DNA of 64,000 bases, taken from positions 93,261 to 157,260 of the forward strand of contig ADNK01002286.1 of assembly GCA_000320545.1 (NCBI GenBank), read 5' to 3'. The notes beneath the pieces are model-generated. The model was not told the DNA's origin. It searched no databases and worked only from the letters and a program-made list of their open reading frames with translations. Numbering within the stretch: the stretch's first letter is position 1; each line of letters opens with the position of its first letter. Positions 53,156 through 64,000 of the stretch are shown here, one piece after another. Made by a program: the position numbers and the translations under genes. This DNA is from Bigelowiella natans CCMP2755. Its lineage: Eukaryota > Protista > Cercozoa.

Positions 53156-56100
53156 GTAGTTGGTATTTTAGAACCTTGAGTAATTCAATTTCATCACACA
53201 AAAATTGGCAGAATCATATTTCGAAATGGTACAAGAAAGAAACTTGCTTCATCCTCCAACTCAGCTCCTCCAGCAGCAGCAGCAGCAGCCATGCGGAAAA
53301 AACAAATAATTCGATACTTATACATGCAATATGAATCTGATGCCTCTGAGAAATTCTTTGGTTTTGGAGAGCAATATTCTGTATGGAATGCGAAAGGGTT
53401 GAAAATACCCATCTTGACCCAAGAGCAGGTAGTAATCAACAGTGTGCTTGTTAGTTAGTTATCCTCACTGCAAAGAGGCATAGATGACGATGTTGCCTTA
53501 GAAGAAGAAGAAGAAGAAGAAGAAGAAGAAGAAGAAGAAGAAGCACAGTAATAGTAGCACTTAGAAGTAGCAGCACAACTGTGGTCATTAAGTAGTAATA
53601 TTGATTCATATACAACAATATATGTAATAATGATACAGGGAGTTGGTCGTGGATTAGAACCGATCACAATTCTGGCTGATATGAATATCAAAGGAGCGGG
53701 AGGAAGCTGGCATACAACATACAGCGCCATACCACACTATGTTACAAACAGACATCGCTCTCTTCATCTAGACACAGGCCTTTATTCGGTATCAGTAATT
53801 ATAGCCTACACTACAATAATACAACATACTTGGTAGGAAAGAAATAAATAAAGAAAGGAGAGCATCAGCATCAGTATCGTCATCATCATAACATAATAGA
53901 GGATGTCGTAATAGCCAACAATAACATTGCATATACTATGTGTTTCTTCCCCTTCTTCTTCTTCTTTATGCTGCTGCTGCCAATAGGTGTTTGATTTAAG
54001 TCAGGACAGATCCGTCGAAATCACTGTAGCAAGAGGGGATGACATTACTAATGCTGCATCTGGTTCTTCATCTTCATCATCATCGTCATCTTTGTTCGGT
54101 TTTTCTGGGGGAATTGTGTATGGTTCATCCTACAACGACGTGCTACTGCACTACACTGATGTTATCGGTCGCATGGGCGCATCTATGCCTCAGTGGGCTG
54201 TATGTGGAGGGGCAATCCTTGGCTTGGAAGGTACTACTACTACTACTACGTAATATTATATATGTAAATATAATAATAATAATAATTATTATTATTATTA
54301 CTATTTAGGAGGAACCTCTGCTGTTCGATCTATGTGGAAAGAGATGAAAGACGCACAAACTCCCATTGCTGGCTTATGGATCCAAGATTGGTACTACTAC
54401 TATTACTACTACTACTACTACGACTGGAAATGAATGCAAAACAGCAAAAGCAATGATGATACTGGTACTCATATTAGGTCTGGTAAAGTGAGGGATTCAT
54501 TTGGAGAAAGAGTGTTGTGGAATTGGGATTTAGATAAAGAGCTGTATGATGGTTGGAATGAGTTGGTTTTAGATTTGAAAGATGACGGGGCTAGGATGCT
54601 GACGTACATCAACCCCTACCTTACAAACAACTTTCCCCCCTCTCAAACTACTCGAAGAAGGTACTACTGCTACTTACTGTTTGCTGTTACTTGGTAGATA
54701 TCGTTGTTGTGCATGATGATGATGATCATCATCATCACCGTTATCGTCTCTCACTACATTAGCAGTTTCTCTTTCTTTGCAACCTAATTGATACTGTGGT
54801 AGTACTGCAGACACCTTAACATTAACATTCATCTAAACTATATTATTCCATTGCCCTCCTCCTCCTCCTCCTCCTCCCGTCTCCTCCCCCCCCCCTCCCC
54901 CCAATTAGAAACTTGTTTTCGGAAGCAGAAGAGCTCGGTTATTTGGTTTTGAATTCGTCTGGACAGCCTTATTTGCAGCATTGCGGAGCGAAGACCTTTA
55001 GCTTCGGTACTGTTGATTTGACAAACGACCAAGCAGCCAAGTGGTATGCTGAGGAGGTCATTGGGAAACTTATGCTCCAGAACTCTAATACAAGCGGGTA
55101 TTAAGGATGATGTAGTACTACTAGTAGTAGTATAACTGGTAGTAAAAGGAGAATCAAGAAGAATAGCACCACCAGTAGCAGCAGCAGCAATAAGTAGTAG
55201 TGTTGTTGTTATTTGCTGTTTCCCTCTCCTCCTAATACAAGAAGTAGTAGTAGAAGAAGAAGAAGAAGAAGAAGTACGTGCGTATTAACAAGTAGTAGTA
55301 GTGGTGATAGAGAGAGGGGGAGGAGGAGGAGGAGGAGGAGGAGGAGGAGGAGGAAGAGGAAGAGGAAAACGTACTAGAGTGATATTATGCCTAATAGCCG
55401 CATAGAAGTTGTACCCATCACCATGATCATCATCATCATCATCATCATCACCAATAATGTTAATAAAAGAAGACACTATGACTAAGTATTCAATGTGTTT
55501 TTTTATATGATATTAGTTGGATGGCCGATTTTGGAGAGTATCTACCGTTTGATGCAGCTTCTCTGGGAGGGGGAGGGGGAGGAGGCAAATCGGGCTACTT
55601 GGAACATAACCGTTTCCCAGAACTATGGGCTAGAGTGAATCAACACGCTATCAGGTGATGGTGGTGATGATGATGGTGATGATGATGATGATAATGATGA
55701 TGATGATGGTGGTGACGGTGGTGGTGGGTATGTTTCAGGTACATGAAGAGGGAAGGGGACATTGTGAATTTCCATCGTTCTTCATCGTTGATGAGCCCCA
55801 AGTATGCAACTTTGTTTTGGTCTGGAGATCAACTAGTCACCTATGATGAGCATGATGGCTTAAAGAGTGCTCTCATAAATATCTTCAATGCTGGGCTATC
55901 TGGTTTGTCGATGATCCACTCTGATATTGGAGGATACACGTAAGTACATAACTAAGAAGTAGTAGTAGGGTGTAACAAAGAGTCTTAGTATGTGATATGA
56001 TACAATACTACAGGATGATGAATCGGTGCTTCTTTGGAATATGCCTCAACTATAGTCGCAGCTGCGACCTTCTTATGCGGTGGAGTGAGCTCAATGCATT

Positions 56101-57062
56101 CACTGACGTCATTTACCGCACACATGAAGGCTCAGATCCTGCTCAAAATGAAGCACAGGTGCTATGATAGTAGTGGTGGTATATATACATATATTTAACG
56201 TGTGTTAATTACTGTGTGTGTGTGTGTTTGTGTGTGTGATGAGCATTATTTATTTGTAGACAGTTATCCACACTGTTATTATCTTGGAACAGCACCCTTA
56301 TTTTTATTATTATCATCATCGTTATTATTATTATTATTATTCAGGTGTACAGCTCAAACGCTTCGAAAGCGCATTTTTCTGCGTATGCTAGTGTGCATAA
56401 GGCGCTGTGCTCCTACCGGACGGCGCTGATAAAGGAGGCCTCAGAAAAGGGCCTTCCAGTCGCTCGACACCCTATGCTGCATTATCCACAATTAGACCAT
56501 CTTGATACACAGGTTGTTAGGAGTAGTAGAACATAGTACTCATCTCATATTAGCAACATTTGCATACTTACTAAAGATGTGGTGTCGTATTGGATAAGAA
56601 CAGGCCCAAATCAAGCAACAGTCATCATCATGTTGTGATCATACTTCTCCTCTCTTCTCCATTCAGGTGATGATAGGACCAGATATACTCATGGCCCCTG
56701 TCTTGCACCATAATTCAAACAAAGTAGCAAATGTTGTTTTGCCTGATATCGCCGAGTCTAATCCTGGGGAGGCATGGATTCGATGGCCATATTTCCACGA
56801 AGTAGCGGCAGCAACAGCGGCAGAGAGATCACTTATTATTCCACAGCAGCACCACCAAGAAGGCAGTGAAGAGGTAGTGCCAGAGCACCATTTACCACAA
56901 GTAGAAGCTCCTATTGGCGTTCCAGCGGTATTCATAAAGTCAGGAATGGCTACAAGATATCCAGACACGTGGGATGAGCTCAAGAATCAAGGAGAAAGGG
57001 TTAGAACGAACACCATATACTCATCAAATCAAAACATAATCAACTTTGGCGCTATCTTATAG
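51553..57062 (+). CDS. GH31 glycoside hydrolase, YihQ/sulfoquinovosidase-like, with signal peptide
   Basis: EKFFGFGEQYS, TQEQGVGRG, WIQDWSGKVRDSFGERVLWNW, MLTYINPYL, GWMADFGEYLP (nucleophile), FWSGDQ (acid/base), HSDIGGYT, RTHEG, GLPVARH and DILMAPVL. Confidence 0.9.
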
Positions 57063-58325
57063 CAGCAGCAGTCTTACTGCTCCTCATGTTTTCTTTCTCA
57101 CCGTCCCCATACACTTATTATTTTTTCGAATAAGTAGATATCGATGATAATATTGAATGTAATTGATTGCAGGTGTTGCGTGAGGCGAAAAAGGGGCTCT
57201 ACGATTGTAATAGAAAGTGAAAAAACATCTATGCAACGTACGTACGAAATAGGCCAATCGAAACGGCACAGAATCTGCTGCATGTGCAGATGATACTAGC
57301 AGCGAATCTTACCGCATTGCGTTACGACGTGCCGCACCGTCTAGACCGTGGTTAATTAAGCATAACAATGACAACTGTTATTCCATCATCATGCTTTATC
57401 CGCTACTACTACTACTACTCTAAAAATGGCTGCTGGTATGTGCCATCCTTGCGGCGCGTATACGTAGTGCGTAACAAGATGACCACCCATCCGTGGGCTC
57501 ATTTGGCGTGGAAAAACAATCAAAGCATGTGTGCTACTAGGTAACCCTTTTCGCCTTCTTGACCAGGTGAAAAGTTTACGTGATCTAGTGACATGAGCGC
57601 GATGATTTGTGATGACCGATGAGGCAAGCATTGATGCATTCATTACTTCATGCACACTAGCTGCTGTGACACACAACATGATCTAGTCATGTTGGTGTGT
57701 CTTCATGCATGCATGCATATATGCATGCTCAGGTTCACACAGCTTACGTGTGGTAATAACGTGCAAACGCCAACACATGAACCGAATGCACACAGCATAT
57801 GTGCACGTACCGGAGCACAGATATATGTCGAAATGTAATGTAGTAAGACGGATGCAATAAATTAAATTAAATTTGTTTAATGGTCATCCTCATGTAGCTG
57901 AAATGTACAGACGTACTTACAATAACATGGCATGCATAACTAGAGCCCTATAACACGCTATATATCTCGAGTTTGCGAAGCGAGAGGCTTAGGCTCGAGA
58001 GGATGACAAAGTGACCCAAAAACCGCTTCACGCTTTCGTTAGCCATCTAGCCATGCTAACACATACTAAAGATAAGCAAAGAAAATATGTTAGATAAGTT
58101 AGCTAAGGTAGTATGCCGACTCCCTTCTTCAATTTATGTATAATATCCGTCTTCTCTTCAAAAAATATCATGGACCAAGGTAATGTCTGATCCAAATTTG
58201 ATCACAAAGACAACTGATGCTTATCGTCGCCTACACACACACACACGCGTGCGACAGATGCTTGATGGTGTACTCAACAAGTCACTCCAAAATTGTTTTT
58301 ACGTCGTCCAGCACAGTTTGTGATA

Positions 58326-61284
58326 TCATCCAGACCTAGACGACTTAAGGGCTTCAAACGTTGCCTCTATTTCATTTTTGCTCACAGATGCTGATTCCAT
58401 CATCTCAGTGTTTCCAGACAACTGTTGCGAAATGCGACTACAGAACTCAGAATTACCATTGACCCCTTTTGAAAATCGTTTTGCCTTGTTAATAAACCAA
58501 ATAGCATTGAATGTCAATCCCATAGCACCAATGACTCCGGGTGCTAATGCAGCCACCCCAGGTGCTGCAATAGCACCAGCTAAGATAGCGGCATTGCCCC
58601 CAAGAGAAAATGCCTTATAGTATCCTTTGCACAAATCAAATGCTACCCCCGTTGCACCAGCCGTCTTGCTTGCAAATTTTCGCATGGATTCTGGAAGAAT
58701 CCCCCCCGCCTCAGACGGGCGCTGGTAGCACTTTAAGTTATAGAGCTTCTTCGTGTACAGCGAGCTACCCATTACTAACGGAATACTTTCTTCCCCACCC
58801 ACATCCACTTTCTCGTGTGAGCATGATGCATCGTCTCCTTTCCCACATTTATAATACCGGGTACACGAGTCTCCACCAGTGAGTAGGAGGTAAAGTAGCA
58901 GCGTCACCCTTTGCTTGCGTGTTTCTTCGTCAAAACTAGTTTTCTTGTCATCAAGCAGACTAGATATAGCTCCAAATAGCGACGGGCATACCACATCAGG
59001 CCAATACCGTTTAGCTATGTTTGCTCGCAGCATAATGATGGATTCTTCTGCTTCGCTCAGCAATCTGACCTTTTTGTCTTCAAGATATTCTCCCCCGATA
59101 AGCTTGGGCGCCCATGCTCTATAGAAACGGCTGACACCGCTTGTGACGATCTTTGCACTGCAAGTCTCCGATGCAGTCTTCAGCGCTGCGCTAAACTCTT
59201 TCAGAAATTGCAGCATCATTACAATATCCTCGATTGATTCGTCTTTTGAGATAAGAATTTTTTTCAGTTCCGCTTTGTGGACCTTCTTACACATCGAAGA
59301 CTCCGACTTTCCACTTGTTATCAAAAGCTGGTCTCCGTCACGACAAGGATTATCATATACGTGCTTGGAAAGGGAATTTACTTCGCTTACAGTGTCATCA
59401 ATTACTCCTTGTAATCTGTCAATTCGGCCAGAGTCGGTACTAATGGTATCCTCCTGGATAGAATTCGCAATATCTCCTAATGCGGCAATGCTCTCGAATC
59501 GTGAATAGATAAATGTATTTGCAGACAGTAAATATTTCTTTGAAGGTTTCATGGATGCCATATTGCCTCCCTCGGGTTTATCTGGAGATCCTTGTGTGCT
59601 GCTACTATTGAACACCTTGAGCTTCTCATCCTTGTTAAGTTTAAGCATTTTCTTTAAGTCTTTCTGCATATCTTCAGTCTAAGAAAACCACACACGTAAA
59701 CATTTTAAAGTTTATTTTCGATGTAATTCAATAGAATATAATCATTAGATTACGTTTGGTTGGAGATCAGGGTCGCCTGTCAACTGTTTTGCGAGTTTGT
59801 CACAGACACCTAACACATAAGATGACTTCTATCAACAAACATCAGTGAGCGTTCTTGGATTGTGATACACAAACGATGATGCAAAGCAAACATATTGATA
59901 AGTTGTTCAGAAATGAACAACCTTCCCCTTTTCCTTTTCCAGATCCAGATTTAAGCTTGATAGCTTCCTTAATGAGCCATTGTGCTGAGAAAGCAGACTT
60001 GGCAGCCATCTCAAACGTTACTTCCCCCGATGCAAGTGTGTACGCAAGTCCGAAAAATCTCTTATGCGCCTTGGTAGTTTTGAGTAGCAAAGTGTATCCA
60101 GCAAATGCTTTCGATGCTGTTTGAGTACCAATTTTGGCTACCGACCCCAACTGAGACATTGATGATTTCTTTCTAGAGGAAGATGTTACATAATGGCCAA
60201 GCTGGTGAAGCGCTCTAGTAGCATCAACATCACCAAGTACCATTGGGACCTCCCCTCCCTTTTTAACATTTACCAAACCAATTAAGGTCGTACACTCGCT
60301 GGTCCCACACTTGTAAAAGTTTGAGCATGTTTCTGTTGTCTCCGTCAGTAGCTTGATGAATAATTTTAACTTATCCATTTCTCTTTGATGGCTCGCACCA
60401 TCCATCACGGCACGCACAAGAGTCATCGAAGTTTCCTTCAATGCCTTTGCAAGTGCAGGACATACTACATTTGGCCAGTAGAGATCAGTAATTTTCAATC
60501 GAATGTTGAACATAGTTTGTTCTGCTTTCTGGAGAATACGCATCATTTTACTTGCGTTGGACTCGCTAATGTATGCATACAGACCTTTGAGGGAATCAAG
60601 ATAACCTCCTTGACATTGTCTTTCTATGGTTGAGATGGCCTCTCGAATCTCGTCGTGAGACGTCAAAATCTGTGATGAATTCTATATCAAACGAAGCTTA
60701 AAGTGACATAAAACAAAACAAAATAAATATACCTTTGTACATTCATCAACGTCACTAGTCATCGAAGATAGGCCTGTAGCAAGGGAGTCGATTTGCATGT
60801 TTGAACAACTAAGTCTTGATGCTGTTCTTCTGCAAGGATTCTCGTATACTGCCGCTGCCACTGCTTCAAATTTAGGGTCATTTTGTGAAATTGCAGCAAC
60901 CTTCTCATCAAGCTCTGCTAGCTCACTGTCTGTAACATTCGTGTCACCGGCTATTGTTTTTATAGCATTGCTTAACGTTGTCAGTTCAGGGGCATCTGGA
61001 TATTTCCCGTACAAGAAACCCATCATGTGTTGCAATGCTTTCAACTCCGAGGTTATTTCATTAATATCATTTTTTTGGGCTCTTGTATTCGCCCCGAAAG
61101 CAGTCGTCCCGCTCGCCGCCACCCCATACCTTGACCTTCTCTCTATGAATCCAAACGTCGCATCGAGATCTTGTTGCGATGTGTGGTTGTCGTTTTTCCA
61201 GACATGTGTACGAATCACTGTATGAGGAAGGCTAGAAACGAGGCTGAGGCTGAGACCTAGCAAGGCAATGACAAACACGGCCAT
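58326..61284 (-). CDS. Secreted ~900-aa protein made of two homologous Cys-containing helical domains (4 exons)
   Basis: Signal MAVFVIALLGLSLSLVSS. Phase-consistent introns near 60732-60682, 59922-59809 and 59753-59679. Internal homology VYENPCR/VYDNPCR, YWPNVVCP/YWPDVVCP and CSNFYKCG/CTRYYKCG. Confidence 0.8.
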
Positions 61285-61520
61285 CGTGGGGAGGGAGGGG
61301 AGTGGATGGAAGTGGAGTGGAGGTGAGTGGAGGGGGGTGGAGGGGGGTGGAGGGGGGTGGAGGGGGGCGTCTTCCGGCTGCAGGTGGTGCTGGTGCAGGG
61401 AGGGTTGCACCCGTAGCAGGCAGGGTTGGTCGGTAGGGTTGCACCGGTTGGTTGGTTGTTGTTTCGAATTTTCAAATATATCTGTGGGTGGGTGAAATAC
61501 CGGTCGAATCCCCGGAGAGA

Positions 61521-61569
<49 letters not shown>

Positions 61570-62027
61570 ATCATCGCCCGTTAGTGTCCGTTAGTGTCCG
61601 AAGATTAGGGACTACCTCCCATTCATGGTGCGGCCGCCATGACATGCCAGCATGCTCGCAGAGCCGATGTCGCAAGTTTCTGCTGGTTGTGAATGTATTT
61701 GAGCGCACTGGAAGCCACCAGGAGCTCGTCAGAGTCCACCGGAGTGCACATGCAATGCATGGAATGTTTTGTTGTGGTTTTCCAAGCTTTTTGATGAAAT
61801 CATTTGGTGCGGCTACACACCGTGCCGCTCGCAAAGCCGATGTCACAAGTTTCTGCTGGTTGTGGGTGATCTGGGAACAGCTAGACAGACCACGACCGCC
61901 TGATAGCCTGGACAAAGCCTTCAGGAAGTTCTCAGTTGAAATGGATGATGACAGACTTACACAGCAACACAATGTGTGTAGCGCGTACCACTACGCGGGC
62001 ACAAGTCACGTGCGACAACAAAGGGGT

Positions 62028-62302
62028 TGTCGCGGATATAGAATATAGATAACGTAGATATTAATACAGCATAGGCACGTGGGTTCCGGCGGGACTCATG
62101 GCAGCACACCGGAAGTGTGCTGCCCCACGTGCGGCGGCATTCGCGAAAGCTTCGCGAATGATTACGCAGTGCACGATTTAATAAAAATATAATCTTTAAT
62201 AAAAATAAACACAACTCTTCAAAAGGAAGCAAACGTGCCTTTCCCCCCCCCTGCCTACTTGTGCACGTAGCGCCTCGGCCTGTGAACACCTTACGCGCAA
62301 CA
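62028..62302 (+). mobile_element. Putative 5' LTR (~275 bp) of a Ty3/gypsy-like retrotransposon
   Basis: Begins TGTCGCG and ends GCGCAACA (TG...CA with imperfect terminal inverted match), contains AATAAA/TATA-like words, and is followed by a TGG primer-binding-like site and gag. The partner LTR is not in the window. Confidence 0.65.
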
Positions 62303-62307
62303 ACCTT

Positions 62308-62325
62308 TGGCTTCCACACACGGGA
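62308..62325 (+). other. Putative tRNA primer-binding site
   Basis: TGGCTTCCACACACGGGA lies 5 nt after the LTR end. Its reverse complement TCCCGTGTGTGGAAGCCA looks like a tRNA 3' end with CCA. The cognate tRNA is not identified. Confidence 0.6.
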
Positions 62326-62341
62326 AACGATTTGACTAACA

Positions 62342-63871
62342 ATGTCACAGCAGCTAGAAGAACAGCAGGACTTTGGCTCGCAGGCCGTGCAAGGGCACGA
62401 GCAGAAACAGGAAAGGAAGGGCGATACGGACGCTAAGGAAGGAGGAGGAACACCTCCACAGGCACCGCCGGGACCAGCACCCGGGATTAAGAAAGCAGAT
62501 GCAGCAGCAGAGGCACTGGAGAACTTCTACGAGGCGGACGACGAGGACGTGGCCGCCGAAAGCAAGAAGGTCGTAATGGCATTACGAGCCTTGCGACCCA
62601 GGGCGAGCAACTACGCCAAACTGAAAGTATCGATAGAATACAAGTATCAGACACATGATGTTTGGGCAGCTATCATGCAGGACATCATGGATTACGAAGC
62701 AGACTTACCTCCAGAGTGGGCAGCTTTGTTTAGGAACGACGGGGGTCTGGGCGCCTCGCGGGGGACGACCCAGAGCACCGTCAAGCAGCAGCAGCCGGTA
62801 CAGCGGAACACCCAGTTCATGTCTGTTAAAACAGCACCGGTTATGATAACGAAATACAACGGGAAAAGAGGTGAGGCAAGGAGGTGGTGGAAGAACGCTA
62901 GGAGTATACTCTGCGACTTTACCCCTAACCCCACCGAAAACGACAAGCTCAAATGGCTAGCTATAATAAAGCAAGCCATGGACCTTTACGAGACAGGCAG
63001 GACCCGGATCAGGCAGCTAGAGAAAATACACACTACAGTTAGTGGGCTACGAGACGTTGAGGCGATAATGAAGGCTTTTGTAAATGAACAGGATGCTAAC
63101 TCCCTACCCCAGGCTATTAGAAAATACAGAGCAATGATGCAGCATGAGAGAGAACCTGTTAGAGACTTTGCCACGCGCTTCCAGGATATGATCGACGAAC
63201 TACATGATTTTAATTACAACACAGGTGATGATCAGGCAAGGTTTGAAGAGTTCAAGTTAAAGATAAAGGAATCCACTTACGTTACGGAGAAAGGCTACAC
63301 CACGATGGAGGCAGCAGTGCAGGCTATATCCCTACGCGAGCAGGAGCAGGACCGCAAGTTTACCAGCCCTAAGGTACCTGGCATAGGAAACATTAACGCT
63401 ATTAAGCCGCAGCGAGACTGGTACAAGGACAGGGAAGGTAACCGACGTTGCGGATACTGCTCACGTAAAGGGAAACACACCGCTAAAGACTGCAGAGACA
63501 GGAAAGAAGGACGACCCAGGATGACGATCAGGCAGCTCAACGAACACTACGAGAAGTTAAAGAGAAAGAAAGGCAGAGGACAAGGATATAACAACAGCAA
63601 ATGGCAAGGCAGCAACAACGGGAAGAACAATAAATATAAGAACAAAAAGCAGAACAGTATCAATGCTATACAGCAGCAGATAAACGGAATATTAGATCAC
63701 CTTAAGCAGGCGCCGACGAAGACAGCAGTACCAGCAACGCAGGACCAAGACAAGCCCATGACCCTAGACGACATAAAGAACTTAGGTCGGGGTCCTAAAC
63801 AAGGCATTGCTCGCTCCCACACAGTAGGGTTTACTTTAACATCCTCTAGGAGCTTCTCACCGATATCATAA
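62342..63871 (+). CDS. gag: Retrotransposon Gag (capsid + zinc knuckle); the last ~28 codons are probably read-through into inverted DNA
   Basis: Intronless 509-aa ORF with KYNG...RRWW, the capsid major-homology-like QHEREPVRDFATRFQDMIDEL, and knuckle CGYCSRKGKHTAKDC. Confidence 0.85.
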   Translation: MSQQLEEQQDFGSQAVQGHEQKQERKGDTDAKEGGGTPPQAPPGPAPGIKKADAAAEALENFYEADDEDVAAESKKVVMALRALRPRASNYAKLKVSIEYKYQTHDVWAAIMQDIMDYEADLPPEWAALFRNDGGLGASRGTTQSTVKQQQPVQRNTQFMSVKTAPVMITKYNGKRGEARRWWKNARSILCDFTPNPTENDKLKWLAIIKQAMDLYETGRTRIRQLEKIHTTVSGLRDVEAIMKAFVNEQDANSLPQAIRKYRAMMQHEREPVRDFATRFQDMIDELHDFNYNTGDDQARFEEFKLKIKESTYVTEKGYTTMEAAVQAISLREQEQDRKFTSPKVPGIGNINAIKPQRDWYKDREGNRRCGYCSRKGKHTAKDCRDRKEGRPRMTIRQLNEHYEKLKRKKGRGQGYNNSKWQGSNNGKNNKYKNKKQNSINAIQQQINGILDHLKQAPTKTAVPATQDQDKPMTLDDIKNLGRGPKQGIARSHTVGFTLTSSRSFSPIS

Positions 63872-63999
63872 TTTCTTTAGTGACTGATGTGGCGCAGGGT
63901 GACCCTGTTCCCATCATAGATGTAGTACTGCTTCCTCCCCTTCCTCTCGGTAACCTTTGCAACGCCACCCCAGAATGGGTCTTGTTTATTTCTCGATCT
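63781..63999 (-). pseudogene. Inverted fragment of a gypsy integrase C-terminus (GPY/F-like) with an in-frame stop
   Basis: The minus frame from 63999 reads RSRNKQDPFWGGVAKVTERKGRKQYYIYDGNRVTLRHISH*RNYDIGEKLLEDVKVNPTVWERAMPCLGPRPK, matching the K..P.W.Gp..V....G...Y.I......H.s.Lk.y pattern. Confidence 0.65.
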
Positions 64000-64000
64000 C

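Noticed and set aside
61650-61700. TTSRNLRHRLCEH on the minus strand resembling a GIY-YIG (Penelope-like) motif
   Set aside because: Too short, no upstream GIY/YIG strands, and the second copy has a stop.
1-64000. tRNA, rRNA or telomeric arrays
   Set aside because: None recognised by eye. Only a PBS-like tRNA complement at 62308. A tRNAscan/Infernal run would be needed to exclude small RNAs.

Overview
Intron-rich eukaryotic nuclear DNA. Bipartite signal+transit presequences on hemA, a CGFS glutaredoxin and an NTF2-like protein point to an alga with a secondary plastid, most likely a chlorarachniophyte (inference). I spliced about 14 genes by eye: hemA, a Cys-rich protein, a claudin-like 4TM protein, a 7TM protein with a very long loop, an NTF2-like protein, a mucin-like type I membrane protein, a monothiol glutaredoxin, NRT2, DUS1, a hypothetical protein, a processive-type GT2, an O-methyltransferase, a GH31 with a sulfoquinovosidase signature, and a secreted tandem-domain protein. 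There are also ankyrin and carbonyl-reductase pseudogene-like fragments and a rearranged Ty3/gypsy-like LTR element at the right edge. The strongest unexplained signal is mutational. A 1.2 kb tract (40563-41797) contains only four TpA dinucleotides, all inside CTAG. Duplicated copies elsewhere differ by TA->TG/CA, and spacers between convergent genes are loaded with CTAG/CATG/TGCA. Together these suggest a locus-targeted, RIP-like A-to-G hypermutation process that spares CTAG. Exon boundaries and counts were read by hand and need RNA-seq or computational confirmation.
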